Shown: piece after piece, positions 13,711-28,400 of the stretch
How positions within the stretch are numbered: position 1 is the stretch's first letter
Layout of the letters: each line of letters opens with the position of its first letter
Origin: Haplodiscus bocki
Taxonomy: Eukaryota
DNA length: 64,000 nucleotides
NCBI GenBank assembly: GCA_965655095.1
Contig: OZ296656.1
Location: 55,490,001 to 55,554,000, forward strand
Reading direction: 5' to 3'
Notes under the pieces: generated by a model
The model's input: only the letters and a program-made list of their open reading frames with translations
The model's database searches: none
Told to the model about the DNA's origin: nothing
Program-made: the position numbers and the translations under genes

Positions 13711-16118
13711 ATGTTCGTGAACAGCGGCTTCGAACAAATTCTAAGGAAAACAACAAGCGGTTCACTTGATATTTGCCTGCTGAACAATCCAGAAAAAGTA
13801 GTTCGATGGAATAGCAATACCTTTTTAATCAAAAGTTCCTTTCTTAATGGACACTTTCGCTCTGATCATGACCCTTTCTCAATTTTCTTCGATATGCAAA
13901 CTCCTTCCGTTGAGACAACCCAGACTCACGCCTTTTCCTACTCAAGAGTGGTTTCCAACAAGGTCAACAAGTACATCATTGAAAACCCCTTCTCACCATA
14001 CTGCTATAGTAATTGCGACAAACTTTTGGAAACGTGGTATGAGTGGCTGCATGAAATCATGCTTGCAACAATTCCCATACGTACTAATCATAGAAGCAGT
14101 CTCCCAATCTGGGTCACATCGCCAACATCTTGCATCAGCAGAAAACTGAAGTCTCTACAACGCAAATTGAATTCTGAACCATCGCCTGCACTGCGAAACA
14201 AATATAGAAGTCTAGAAGACCTGGTGGCCTCAAAGACCAACGAAGATCTCATGCTATACGAAGAAAGTATTTTCAAATCTCGATAATTTAGCACGATCCA
14301 AAGATACCTACGCTATATTCGTCGGCCTGAGCCCATACCGACTGAAATTTGCCATGAAAACTCAACAGCTAACACGGACGAAGAGAAGAGCGTTCTTTTT
14401 AATACCTTCTTCTGTAGTGTTTTTTCGAAATATAACGACCATGAAGACGAATGTACTGCTGAATTTACCGAAATACCTGCGATATTGGAAGACCAATCGA
14501 TAGAACCAAACTTCTCAAATGACAACATTACAAATCTACTTCAAAACCTCAACCCCCAAAAAGCCTGTGGACTGGACAATCTGCCGAACATTGTGCTCAA
14601 CAAATGTTCTGAAACTCTAGCAAGTTCTGTATCCGTTTTCTTTAGAACCTTCTATAATAAACGATGCTTTCCCACTTTCCGGAAAAAGTCGGAAGTAACT
14701 CCAATTTTTAAAGATACGGATCGATCACTGGTAAAGAAATATAGACCAATATCACTCCTCTGTAACATATCCAAAGTTTGGGAGAAAAAGATCGAGAAAA
14801 CCATTGCTGAAATCTTTCTTCTGAAAGTTGACCCATGTCAGTACGGTTTTGTTCCGAAGCGTTCCACCCTCTTGCAACTCTTAGCGTACACAGATGAAAT
14901 TTACAGAACCCTGGACTCTCAGACAAAGTTCCTTGCAACGGTGTACATTGACTTTGCCTAAGCTTTTGACAAGCTGAACCATAAACGCATCCTGGAAGCT
15001 CTACACTCAACTGGAATTCCAAATAAGACAGTTGACATCGTGAGAAGTTATCTGGACAATCGAATGCAACGTGTGAAAGTTGGAACAAAGAAATCACCGG
15101 AATTTCCAGTAACCAGTGGAGTCCCACAAGGATCAATTTTGGGCCCACTCCTATTCCTTGATTTCGTGAACAGTCTGCCAAAAGTCGTTACCACCAGTAG
15201 CATCTACATGTTCGCCGATGACACCAGAATCATGTCTTCCAACCCGGTGGAACTACAAGAAGATTTAGATCGATTTGTCCAGTGGTGCGACCAGAACAAA
15301 ATGGAAATCAATGTTGAAAAAACCCATTTGATGATGTTCCGCGGCGACGACTCTAAAAAATTCAGAATGAAGAACGTAAACCCCCAAACATCTCCATTCG
15401 AGCGAGACCTCGGCGTCGTAATTCCGGAAGACCTATCGTGGGTGGAACAAACAAAGACTAGATGCAACAAAGCCTATCGAGCCTTTTTCAATCTAAAAAG
15501 GAAAACCTCGCCACTGAGTTCGTTTTGTTCACGCCTAAATATGTATTGTGGGTACGTCGTACCAATTTTGACACACTGTTCTCCAGTCTGGCATGCAAAC
15601 AGGACATCCATGAAAGAACTCGAACTGGTACAGAAGAGAGTAACGAAATGGATTTCCAGAACGTCTCAAGTAGACTACAAAACCCGCTTGATCCAACTGA
15701 AGCTGTTAGCAATTAGATTATACATCGAAATGCACGATTTACAAACCTGTAAAATAGTAGCTGATCAATACAACTTCGACTGGAAAAGGCACATCACCCC
15801 TATTGAAAAAAGCTGCCTGAGAACAACAACATCATCCCCGTTTTATCTACGAAAAATAAGGAGGAGCAAAAGCAAAGACAATTTTTGGTACAGAACTCTT
15901 CAACTTCACCGAAGACTATCGAGAACTGTAAATTTACAAGAACTGTGCTACGTGAAAGAAGGTGTCCATGATTATTACTGGAAGTTCTTCATCAACAACT
16001 TTTGTGAAGAAAACCTGTGCTCATGGCGAATCAACGGTCAATGTCGAACCTGCTCGCAATGAAGTAACTGGTATTTGCGTGGGCTCAATACCCTTCCGTT
16101 GGAGAAACCAATTATTAT
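13711..16118 (+). mobile_element. 5'-truncated LINE (CR1/L2-group) ORF2: APE C-terminus plus reverse transcriptase, two premature stops, short 3' UTR with (ATT)n tail
   Basis: ORFs 13711-14286, 14485-14961 and 15040-16062 share one frame. Motifs SDH, KACGLDNLP, YRPISLL, QYGF, YIDFA*AFD, GVPQGSILGP, MFADD, RDLGV and a Cys-rich C-terminus; AATTATTAT at ~16110. Confidence 0.93.
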
Positions 16119-16950
16119 GTGGTTAGCGATCTAATCAAAAGGTTCAGTACCTCCGCGATCTTTGCGCTAAGCACCTTAGCGCCTATGTTTTAGATTCTGA
16201 TGATTGTGTATAAATAAGACCAGAAACCTTTATATGAGTTATTTTCATCACAAGTTCTTAAACGAATATGGAAGAAGAGTGAAACCTGCCTTAGCTGGGA
16301 TTTCTCCGATGACGTCAGTGTATGGGTCGGATGTTTTTTGGCTGATTTTTAAGCAAGTTTCATGCTATGCTAGATGTCTTCGGTTTCCGTCCCTGTTGGA
16401 CGCGACCGTATTTGTCAATTTATGGATTATTATTTTGCTCCGAATTATTTTCAGACAAAAATATCGGTTCAATAAATTGTTCTCTGTTAACTCATCATTA
16501 CATTGTAAGTTATGTAATACGTGCAGTTAAAAAGGTAACAGCATCAGGTATCTAATTACTATATCATAAAATTTCATTGAATTGTAAGTTCGAAGATTAC
16601 ATAATCATGTTTTCTACTTCACGCTTTCACCGGGAAGTCTAGCAGATTGTGCGAAACGTTTCTAGGGGATTTTTGCCAGACATTGCGCATTTACTTTTGT
16701 GTCTGTATTCCAAGTGTTAGCTTTTATAAAATTTAGGAGGACAATTTAAGAAAATTTTCTGGTCGTAAAAAAGCATGATTGACATTCTAGTGTTAGCGGA
16801 AAAAGTGTTGCATGTACTTGTTTGACGGGTGCTTCAACGAATGTGAGATTTTGATTGACGGATGATGCTACGAGAACTGGCGGTAATTTTAAGTGTACTC
16901 AGGTATTTTGAGTGTTTCAGATTGTGTAAATTGCTTTTAATCGACCAGCT

Positions 16951-17142
16951 ATGACCGTGTCTTATTCCTACGAAGTTAGCAACAACAAGTTGTTCGGCTT
17001 GTTGCGACTTCTGTTGAAATGGACTGGAAGTATATGGAAAGTCCTGCTCCTCGACATGAGTGTCTACTTTATCCTGTATGCTGCTCTTCGAGTTATCAAG
17101 TTGCATGTTCTGACTGATGATCAGCAGATGTCTTTTGACGAA
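16951..17142 (+). CDS. BEST: Bestrophin-family channel, coding exon 1
   Basis: MTVSYSYEV...LLRLLLKWTGSIWK matches the bestrophin N-terminus; donor GTAAGT at 17143, phase 0. Confidence 0.92.
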
Positions 17143-19749
17143 GTAAGTTCCCTGATCGAATAGGTTTAGTAACGAGACTATTTTCAAATGCTTTTGAAAG
17201 AGACTACTACTAAATCTTTATAAGTTTTTAAAGACTCTATGAACTAATTTAGGAAAATTAGGAAAAAATCCAGGAAATGAAATTTTATAGCCTTTCTTAT
17301 TGCATATAAAGGTAGAAAAATTAACTGAGTTTCTGTACACTTTTTAGTAATATTCGTTGTATCGTGGCCTCTTCAAAAATCAATTTTATTCCGTCGATTT
17401 CTTCAACTGTATTCCGTTGGTGCAAGTGTTGCGAAGCATTGCTTCGCCTGTCGCAAATTCGGAAATAAATTTGGATTCTGCAACTCCGAAAATATACATT
17501 AGGTAAATTAGAATTGTGATCAGTATTGAAACCGGTGCCTTCGGCACTGCTGCATCGTCCGTTCCGCTCTCTTCGAGGGCGGTATGCCTGCTCTCTCTAC
17601 GCTCGGGAATTTTTTACTTGGCACCTTTGTAACATTGCGATATTTGTATCACTAAGTTTAATATGGTTCGAAGATGCGCGTGCATGTGAATTGCTTAAAT
17701 TTCGTCGGCTGATATTGATTTAATGCGAATTCTATTTCATTCTTTCGGACTTGTGATCCGACCCTGTATAATACAAGACGCTCGGCTAACTCTGGGATGT
17801 TTTCCCCCACAAATTTTCCGGAAAGGCTTTGAAAAGACTAAGGGAAGGGCATTTTGTATTTTTTTTGATCAGAATATTTAACCCAATAAAAGGAAATTTC
17901 TCCTGCGAAAAACCTCCGTTTATTTTGCGTTTGTTAGAAATTTCTGATTACCTCCTCGTCGACGCCTTCGTGTACTCATCGTCGACATCCCTGTCAAAAC
18001 CATTTTACAAGTAAATTTGTAAACCGTACTAGTTTTAATACAATGCATGAATGCTATACACAAATAACTGAGTACATGTAATCATGAATAAATCCCTGTT
18101 TGATTGAGTACCGAGTTCTTATTTTGAAGCGCTTCCCTCCAGCTTCCTCGAATTTGCCAGTTCTCTCTAACTTAGTTAAACATATTGCAGAAAAGTAAAA
18201 AGTGCTCTACGATTTTCGCTATGAACGCAAGAGCGTCTTTGTGATGGCGCTTCCCATGATTTATACAGGAATTCCACCAGTTTAGAGTGCCCTGAAATTA
18301 TTCCAAAATTGTTAACTTCACTCTTTCACGAACAATTTTTTCTATTTCAACGTCTTGGTGGATTGGAGGTGGTGGTATCTCATTGCTGGGTCCAGTGTCT
18401 GCCATAGGTATACTTCATATCGTTCTATTTGTGGTTGGTTGTATGTAAGGGCGTAGACGGTCATCTCTGTTAATGGTTCTGTTAAATTGGTTTTCCAAGC
18501 CGATATTTGATATTACATCTCACTTTGTGTAAACATTTGGAAGGATTTCCCTGTTTAAAGTAGCCATCAGTGCGCGGGATTTTTGATTTAAATATGTTTG
18601 TCATTGTTTCTAACAGTATGTCTACTGGCTTTATCCTTGTTATGAGCTTCAGGTTTTTGATAGCTGGTTTGACATTGCCTCCTGTTGGGGTGTAAAGAAT
18701 TGAATTTGTAATTCAGCGACTTTGTTAACATTATGATTGTTCCCGGCTAGATCACCGCATCAAAATTTTGGCTAGATGACGCATTTGTAAAGTTTAATGA
18801 TCACTTCATAATTTAATTGCTTGTTTATCTGAGACGAGCTGAGATTTGGCCCATTCAGCCCATCTTATGCGGGTTGCGTTAGTTGATGAATCATCGGTGT
18901 CACCCATTACCATTCCCGCAACTGTTAGTTCTTGCTTCACGAGTTTTGTGCGTTTATGGACCAATTTCTTCACTTACATTTCTCTGGTGTTATTCATTTG
19001 GAGAGAAACACATACTTTAAACATTTATTTCAATTCTATTGCGAAAGCACCAGTTTATTACGCATGCTTGGCTTTGCAGGGTTCCAGCAAAGTTTCTGAG
19101 TTGGCTTGAGATGGAACCTAGGTAATATGATTTTTTGAAAATCTACTAGTTTTCCTACTATCCGGTGAAAACGTTTGGATAGTCCTTATTTCGTGATGCT
19201 CGTTTTTAGTAGTAGTTTCTCGGTCTCAGAAAGGTAAATCACAACGTGTTTACGTTTTTTAGGACTTCGGCAAATTTCTAGTTTATGGAGTATCATGATG
19301 TTAGTCTTTTTTATTTTTTTTAAAACAATGCCCTTGCGACATTTTGCGAACTTGGCCGAAACAAGGAATTTCGTGTGACTCCATCAAAAATTTTAATTTT
19401 TTTTTGAAAACGCAGTTAAAACTAGTGGGATCACAGCAGAGTCATACGGACCAGCATAGTATCGGCGGAGGCGCGCGAATCAAAAAATTCAAAATTCCTG
19501 TTCTGCAGGTGAATATATATTTCTACATAGGTTAGATGTTGGAATCTTTTGAATTTTCTCCCTATGTGCGGGAAAAAGGGTTGAAGGTCAAGGAGGAACC
19601 CTGTGCATCAGCAAAGAGTCAGTGACGCAGCGCTAACGAAAAATTCTGATAATCCGCTGAATGTTCTGAGGATCAATAGTGACCGAAATGACTCGGTAAG
19701 TTGATGTGATTCGAAATTTTCAATTCTAATCCGTTGTATCCGAGCAAAG

Positions 19750-22700
19750 GCCTGACCTTTCCCAAGGTAAGACAAAGAGGGGAATCAAGAATTTTGAAAC
19801 TATACTAATTTTTCCAAGTTTGTTACAATGATTAGGTACGGTTTGCTGAGAGGTGGGAGTGGGCAGGGCAGTTTTTTCTGCGAAACACGTTTCAGTTCTG
19901 ATGGAGGTAGTGTACCGGCAAGGTTGTGGCCATTCTCAGGTGGTAGAAATGATGGAGTTCTGTTGAAAAATATCAAATTATTCCACCTTATGTACTGCAG
20001 TTAAAGAGTACTTGATTTAGGGAGTGTCCGGCAATGTTCTATGGGGGAGGATTTTTTCAATTGTTATGGGTTGATATCCGGGCAAAGACATGGCCGTTTT
20101 TAGGCAGTGAGAATGAGGGGTTTGGCAAAATTCTGAAGGCATACACTTTTGTCAACTGAGGGCTCAGGGAGGCGAGAGAATAAGGTGAGAAGAGTTTGAA
20201 ATGAAGTGCTTAAAGGTTTTCATTTCTAATTGGTTTTACTCCGGGCGAAGGTGTACGGTTTTTCGCAAGCTTTGGGAACAGAATTAGAGAACTGAAGATT
20301 GTTCGAACCTAAGGGCATAAACAGAGACGGTCCGGTCAGTAGTTGGAGTGGTCGGTCGCTTTGCAATACGAAATAGTTCTATTGCAGGATGGCGTGGCTA
20401 TTCGGAGACTCTGAAACTCCAGAGAATCTCGAAAAAGATTTGTTTCATGTCAGTACTCCAACTGGGAAAGTGTTAAGAGAATTTGAGCCGAATTTTGCAA
20501 GTGGCGGGCGAAAGTTTGTTCCAAATATTTCCCCTGGTTAATGAACAGTAATTTGGCTCTAAATTTTGCGAAAGAAACAGTGCAGTTTAATGTTTGGACT
20601 TGTCGATTGTCGAAGTCATTCCCACCATTTGTTCTCTTTGCGGTATCTGTAAACTGAATTATATCGTTCGAACTACCACACTTTTTAAACAATCACATAT
20701 CTAAGGGCTTTTCTGTCCAGGTCAGCCTCCTTCGAGGGTTGGTCTGGCCAGGGAGGCCTCTCTTTGGACTCGGGAAATTTTTACTTCAACGTGAGTCTCG
20801 AAGTTGTCTTCTTTCGTGAGATAAAGGATTTGAAGTTTGCCCATTTTTGACAGAGAATTTCTTCTGCATTGATGCCTCAAAGATGGCCTGTTAAAACGAA
20901 ATTCTCAGTTTGAACGAACCGCATCAGTCATCAAGCTGTAGTGCTAAATAGTCAGTAAATCAATGAAAAGGGTGTAGTCTTTTTTGAAAGTCAGTTTCGA
21001 CTTAGCTTCTTTAAAACTGCCGTAGTCCTCTTTGTTTGGTTTCTCCTTGGAAAAGGAATTTTCTGATGGAATGAATGGTAGTCGATACACCTTAAGTCCA
21101 AATTTTCCAAAGTCCTATCCGTCTTGGGAGGCTATGTTTTTTTGGAGTATTCCAAAATAGTTGTCTCCGGGGTTTTTTTATTTGTTTCCCAAAGAAATGT
21201 GCGTAGTCTTGGCTATTGTCAAAGATACGTCATCCTTTCCTGATGTAAGTGATTGCATCTACATTGTTATTTTTTTATGCTGAGTGTTTTCTGGCTAAGA
21301 CCTTGCTTCTTCACCTGTTTAACCGTCGCAGGCAATCTCCATTTCACGGAGACATTTGCTGTAATCCGTTTTCTTGCTTGTTTCGTTCTGCTCCAGAATG
21401 GATTTGAAATGTTTATGCAGGTTGCTTTGGCAATTGGGGTGGTTTACACGAACATCGGAGTAAGATTTCTGCAGTGGTTGCCAAAAGTTACTACGAGATA
21501 TGTCTTACTTCGCTTCCTTTTTTGTGCTTGCTCTTTCAGCTAAAGAGTCAGTTGAAAGGGCAGAGGGCGGGTTCTATCTCAACGTCTATGCAGACACGCT
21601 AAAGAGTTTTTGCTTTGGGATCTTGTACAGAAATGTGCCGCATGATCAAAAAGCCTCTTAGTTGGCAAATCATGGCTGAGTCACTGTTGTCACCTTTCCC
21701 ACGTTCGCAGAAACGGGAAAGATGTCATTCTGCGATTCCAATGGAAAATGGATCGTTTCACGAAATTATTCGGTGTTGAAGTACATGTCATGTTGTTTCG
21801 ACGAAGAGCGAACGGTTTGTGGTAGTGCCGGGTGTCGTTTGGTTCTGTCCTCCATTTTTTTCTCATCCAATTCTGAATTGAACTTTCTGTTCTCTGCTTC
21901 TTTATTGAATATGGGTCTTCGCTCAAATTCAATTTCCAAAGGTTCGATTGATTTCATTGCTATTTGCATATGTTGCTTGAGACCCGATTTTTCTTACTGC
22001 TTTTTGCTTACTTGTTCGGGACTTCCGAGGTCACTGTATCGTACCTACAGCGCAACCTTGTCTTGTTCACATTCATCGCATTGGTAATAGTTTCCATCAA
22101 GCGGTGACTGTTCACCAAGAGTTTCATCAGTTTGCTAACATTTTCAACCTTTCTCATGAAGTCTCTCCAGCGTTTCGGGGAAAACTCGGATTATAAAACA
22201 TAAGACAGATGTGGTTCAGACTGGGATTTGGTTGAAGCTTTAACTCGATCGGCCCATTCTTCAATTTTCCTCAACTCAAACATTTGGCAAAATTTGAATT
22301 CACTGATCACAACTCTCAGTTGTTTTTGTGCTTCTGCTGTTCTTTTATTCTTGGATTTTTGAAGTATTTGCTGTGCCTTTTGCTATCTCGGTCTCGCACA
22401 TGAGCCAGCATTTCGTTGCCTCGGTGGAAGTAACCATACTTCGTCCCAAATATAATGATCTGGCCAATCCACTTTTTGTGGTTCAGCGTCATCTGCGAAT
22501 CATTCTTGGATAGTCTCCTTTCTATCTACTTCCTCTCTTAAGGATTTCGTGTCGATCGTAGTCTGGCCGGACATTGTGACGTCTTCACTTTGCGTCGTGC
22601 TTTCCATGGTTTCGTTTTCCGTTCCTTTCCGGATGAAAAGTCGCGGTCATCGATTTACTGCGCTGCAATGCCAACTCGGGGCTCCCAGAGACCAATTTGC

Positions 22701-23450
22701 TTGAATGCCCCTAGAATGCCAAAAAGGGATTGTTCAGCTCTTTTCAAATAAGCAAATCCTTCTGCAATTGTAGCATGAATTGTCAAAACCCTAGCTCATG
22801 AAGGTATAGATTCGAAAGTTACAGCTCCTGTCGCTGCATAGCCGTAGATAAAATAGTGGAGGAGGCATCCAACCCATTGGCAGTGGTAAAGTATAGGGCA
22901 CAGTCATCAAAAAGACCAGAACTTCTCAAGTTTGATATATTGGATTCAGTCGGAGTTTGTAAACATGTGGTGGACAAGGGGTAATGGAAGCAGCTGTTCA
23001 CTTCGATTCTCTTCACCTCCATCTCTTGGCAAGATTTTAGTTCACTGATCACGGCTGTCAGTTGTTTTGTGCTTGTGGTGTTTTGTTAATCTTAGTTCTT
23101 TGAAGTATATGCTCTGCCTTTTGCTATCTCGGTTACGCAACTCAGCCTGTATCTAATTGCTTTGGTGGAAATAACCGTATTTCGTGCTCAATTTGATGAT
23201 CTGGTGCTTCCTTTTTTCGTTGGAATCAACTGACCAAGTGCTGCAGCGTTATCTGTGAACAACTCTTGGATAGTCTTCTTCCTATCTAATTCCTCCTCCA
23301 AGGCTTTGTTGCTGATCGTAGCGTAGCAGGAAATTGCGATGTCATTGCTTTGCGTCATGCCTGCCTTGTTTTGGATTTCTGTTCCTCGGATGAATAATCG
23401 CAGTGGTTTTCGGTACGTAATCAAAAGGTAGTGTGTTGGCTCAGGACAGA
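19750..23450 (-). mobile_element. Highly degenerate LINE (RT and ORF1 remnants); boundaries approximate
   Basis: Minus-strand remnants QFTD (cf. QFADD), KYLEQTF (cf. KYLGVTF), ASQDG (cf. APG.DG) and YQCDEC in the expected order; many stops. Confidence 0.45.
22270..23410. repeat. Diverged ~390-bp direct duplication (about 22270-22660 and 23015-23410)
   Basis: CACTGATCAC..TCAGTTG.TTTGTGCTT...GCCTTTTGCTATCTCGGT...TCTTGGATAGTCT occurs in both copies. Confidence 0.8.
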
Positions 23451-24179
23451 TGAAACGCTAGTTATGTTGAGAGATTTCTCAGTTCATGTTGTTGAAGGCA
23501 TTTGACTTCTATTTGTATTGTGCATTCTCTGGAATCTGGATCATACGATTTTGCTGCCTCGTAGATAGCTGCCTCAATGGACCCCTCCTGTCCGCCTCAT
23601 TTTTGGCGAATTTCCGTAGACTCTATTTATTGATGCTTCAATTTTTTAATACGGTTATTCCAATGTTCCTGCATAATATTTTACCCACGCCTATCAGTCG
23701 GATGCCTCGTTTGCCAGCTTAATATAGGGCTCTGGTGTGACAGGTTTTGTGGATTTCAAGTCGATGTTTTCTCGGCACACGGTATTGACTTTTTGGGCTG
23801 CAGTTGCACACTGACTCGTTTGAACTGTGCTGAACAGGCCCTTCTTCGATTGCCTCAGTCCTAGAAGCAACTTGGTCTGTGGTAGCCCCGAGTTGGCATT
23901 ACTGCGTCCTCATTCAATGTGATGGAGTTCGAAAACGACGTACTTCACGCGGGACAGTTTATTTTGGAGTTTTTCGGATGTCTCTGCCGGGTTATATCGG
24001 GTATGCAGTTCTTGAAGTTTATTTGGCACCTTCTTGTTGGATTCTTTAAGACTTTTTGATTTCGCTTGTTGCTTTGTGCCATCTTATATAACGTGGGAGC
24101 AAAATCTTCCACTCAATTGATGCATTTTTTTGCCCGATGTTTGCCAATTGCGTTCACGATGTTCCTTCACATTTCTGAA

Positions 24180-24565
24180 CGTGAAAACTTTTTTTCACTA
24201 AATTGTTGCAATTTTGCCTTAGAAAGCGACTGAAATAATAAGATTTCTCAAAAATGTTCAAGGTTTGGTATTTTCGAAAAAGTAGATGGATTTTCGAATA
24301 AAAATTTTTAGAATCTTTAAAGGTGGCAAATTTGCTGTAGAATGCGTTTCGAAAGGTATGATCTCTTAAGTATGTCTTTTCCGCGCCCTAATCTTGATGG
24401 TTCTCAGGCAGAAAATCAGAAAATTTTCAGCGTTGGAAAAATTTGAAAATATGATAGAGAAGGAGTGTTCTTTTTTGAGAAAAAAACGCTCTCATCTTTG
24501 GAAAAACCTTCTCTACAAAATTGGAGAAGTTCAAAGTGTGCGGTGGTAGCCGGCCGTGTTGTTTA
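24180..24565 (+). repeat. Dispersed repeat with hairpin end, homologous to about 60540-60920
   Basis: Shared AATTT.CTGTAGAATG, AAAACGCT.TCATC and CGGTGGT.GCCGGC...TTGT blocks. Confidence 0.65.
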
Positions 24566-25499
24566 GTTTCCCATTGCAGTTGTTACCGTCCTCCAAAAAC
24601 TTGTTTTATGAAGGTTTCTTCAATGTTCATTTTCGAGTCGGGCTCTAATTGCCTTCTGATTCGCTATAATTCAGAACACTGGACTTTTTTCTGAATTTTG
24701 AATGAAGAAAGTTATATACAGAAGTTTTGTGATAGAATTATAAACGAAATGTCAATCGCCAGAAATTTGAAAGCATGAACTAATTGACTGCTCCCTTCCT
24801 CGGCCCCATTGAGCGGGTGCAACTACTCAGTGGGGTTCGAGCATGTTGAGAGCTTGCCCGAGACGATAAGAGAAACGAAACGCTATCTGCTAAGAAGAAA
24901 GATTTTACAAAAAAGAATAAACGCTGACAGTTAGGCCGAAAATTTTCAAAGACCGTATATACTAAGCGTTCTAATGCTGAACGATTTCAAGGTCCCAGGT
25001 TGTGAAAATAGCGGAGGTGATGCAGGAGGAGAAACCTCAAAACAAGGTGTTGGATCTGTCAAGTGGATTCTGCTCCAAAAGACAGAAGCCCAAACACCCA
25101 GATAATTTGAAATACAACCCAATGCGTAACAAAAACGACAAGTCGTAATCAGGTATCGCAACTTTCAAAGTCCCTGTTTTTTGCTTCGCTAAAGTTTTTG
25201 GAAAACTGTTTGTATGGGAAAATCATAGTCACATGATTCCAGACTTAGCTTTTTTCACCAACCAACTTTTCAAGCAAAAAAAAATTATAAAAGAAGTGAC
25301 ATCCAAGCCAAAAAAAAATCAGTCCAGCAGAATGAAATACCTTTACGAGGAATTCAATTAGAATTTGTTGATCAAGGCGTTTCGTGTAGTTGTGCAAAGT
25401 CAGGCTCTGTTAGATTCCTTCGTAGATAAAGTCCGTAGTTGTACAACGCTTAAATATATGTTGATGGTCCTGTTTGGAGTCAGGAATCATTAGGAAGTT

Positions 25500-28400
25500 C
25501 CCAAATTACTTTTAGTGTGTTCGTAAAGGAATTTTTTAATAGATTTTTTAGCATGTTTCCGCACTTCTCGGGACCTTTTTGTCTTGTGTCTTTTTGTCCT
25601 TTCAATGGTTCCTTTTTCCAATTGTCTAAATTGTTTAATGGCTTCTCTAATGCGTTGGTAGCTGGCAAAAGTATTGAACTGGATATATACGTATGATCAA
25701 TCATGCATTCTGATTTCGACGACGCGCGGTTTATCGTCATTTCGTTGGAAAGTTTTCGTGACAACCACCATTGGCCAATTGAGTGGAGTTAAGTTGTCTT
25801 CTTTGGAGACAACGATGTCCCTAATTATCAGGTTTTCTTCTTTGTGAGTCTACTTCTTCCGATGCTGTAAAGTAGAGTTCTCTTTCATCTGCTTCCAGGG
25901 AAAGGTCATTGCGTGCCGTAGTTGTTGGGAGTTTTTTCAAAAGTCGGAGATTGGCGTCGTCGGACGATTATGCGTCCGGCACTGTTAACAACGGCTTTCC
26001 AATTTAGAAGTGGACAAGAATGGGAAAAGGAACGTCATTAACATAATTTTCAGGCGTTGCTAATTAGGTCCATTGAAAAATAGCCTCAATGTTGTTCTGC
26101 GAGCGGCTGACTGATTCTTCCTGAGGTGTTGATGAGATGACTGTAGTGCATGCAGTATGGCTGCAAAATATCGTTGATCTTCTGATCAGCAAGTAGTCGC
26201 TAATTCCAATTGTCCAGCAAGTAGTCGCTCATTCCAATTGTCCAGGCGTTCCATTAAATGTGCTCCAATTGTCAGTGTACGAAGCTTTTGGTAGACCACG
26301 GTGCGTGCAAAACCGCTTTAAAGCGTCGAGGAAGTTTCGTTAGTGAGCGAATTCACAAACTCTTTGGTGAACAGCCTTGGCTGCAGAGTAGATGAAATCT
26401 GAGATGTGAGTTTTCATCATAGGATCACAGTAGTCAAGTCGAAATGATAAAGGAATGGAGAAGTCATTGTTTGCTCACTGGAGAGGTCTCCCTTTTGCAG
26501 GTGAAATTGGCGACTGTTGTAGCGTGCGCATTGACAGTACTTGCGCATGATTTTTTGAGTCAAACGAGTTGCACTTTGTATTCAAATCGTCCGATGTAGA
26601 AAATAGTGTCAGGTGACAACCGCCGTGTGAGCAATTTAGATGTGTCTCGAATTAGCATCTCAAATGTTTCGGACTTTTAGGAATGATGATTGGGAACTTG
26701 AAGTTGCGGCTGTATGTACACTTGCACAGGCGAGTGATATGACAAAAACTATTTTTCAGGCCCGTTCACAACTGCAATATTGCCATAGATTTTACCAAAG
26801 AGGACGGAATGGCCTAGGCTGCAACCTGGAACCGTTCATGCCGCAGTCGCATGCTCTTTTTGATCGTGCCACTGTAGCTTGAGGATCAGTGTTTTCGTTT
26901 GAAATTTGAAGAGATTGACATAATATAGCGTTTCTTACTTGTTTGTAAATGAACAAGAAGTAACTGAGTTCCTGTACTCTTATTTGTAGTTTTTGTAGTA
27001 TCTTATCTCCTTCAAGAATCTGTTGTTTTGAATCCATTTGTCCACTTGTGTTTCATCGGCCCAAGTTTTGCGAATTACAGCTTCGTCTCTGTGTTGCCAT
27101 TTGCGGGAAGTCCTCCAGCACGAATAATTTAGACATCGTCATCGAGAAAAGCAGCAAGTGAGCTCGAATGTTTTTTTTTGGTATTGTCCTTCCCTTTCTG
27201 AATGGTTCATGCTCCGGTAGATGTTGTTTGGATTGTTGGAAAATTGAAGATAAGGGTGACTTCAGTTTCCTTTGCTGTTATAGCGAGCACATGTTTCACG
27301 TCGCGTAATTTGTGATTTTATTGCGCCTGTAGGGATTTGCATAACGCTGCTTCCTGGTAAAAAATCGACCTTCGGACAAAACTGAATACCTTCAACAATT
27401 TTTTTCGGAACTTAGTAAGCTGGCAGCTGCGAGTGTAACGATATGTCCTGTTGCTTGTATGAACTTTTTTGGTGTAGTCTCTCTTAGTGAGAATTTCGCA
27501 TGTGCTGTTGTTCATGGTTTCCAGCTGTAACTGCTGAGACAACTTCAGAACTTAAATTTTCATTGCATTCCATTTTTTTCTTCCTCTTCTGCTTCGTCGT
27601 CTCCGTTTTCGGCTACTACATCTTCCGGTTGCAACAGCAAAACAGCCTTTAGGCAAGATCGCGTTTTCACCTCTGACGGCTTGTACACTTTCTCTGGTTT
27701 TCAATGTAGTTGATGTCGAGGGTGTTATTCTTACGTTCCGTCTTTACTGGTAATTGTTCGTCTTCGTTCACTTCTTTATTTACGTCTTTTTCCTCTTTTT
27801 CTGTAACAGCTGAAGCAGGTTTTGGTTGTGCTTTGCATTTTTTCGTTTCAGCTGTGACGGCTGGAACAGCTCTGTAGTTTGTCTATGTCGTTGTCTAGGG
27901 TGCGGTTGTCATCTTTTATTTGTGCCTGTAAATCCTTGTCAGCTGTAACGGTTCAGACAACTCTGTGGTTTTCGGTCGCGTCGAGTTTGTCGTGGTTATT
28001 GTTGTTTTCTTTCGTTTGTGGTTGTACATCCTTATCAGCTCTAACGGCTGAGACAGCTTCATAACCTACTTTTTCTTCTTTTTCCTCACCTGCGTTTTCT
28101 TCAAGCTCTTCTGTAACGACTTATACAGGTTGTGAGTATGGATTGATCTGCTTGCTTTCCTTTAGTTATTTCGCGATCTGATGCGTTTGTTCGTCTTGTG
28201 AACGGAGTGCCTCTTTGTCTATTCTCGTGCGTTTTGGTTTGAAACAATTCTGGATGAGATCTAGGGGCTGCAGATTGTGAGGCCATGATGAGGATAGCAA
28301 GCTCAGCCCTTCTGGTCCATGCCACAAGATTTGGTGATTTTGTAGTTTTTCCGCGGAAGTGCCCCGGCATGCAACTTCGCCAGGATTGGATCATGTGCGG

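Noticed and set aside
14708-15712. Antisense ORFs over the LINE
   Set aside because: Shadow frames of RT coding sequence, with no motifs.
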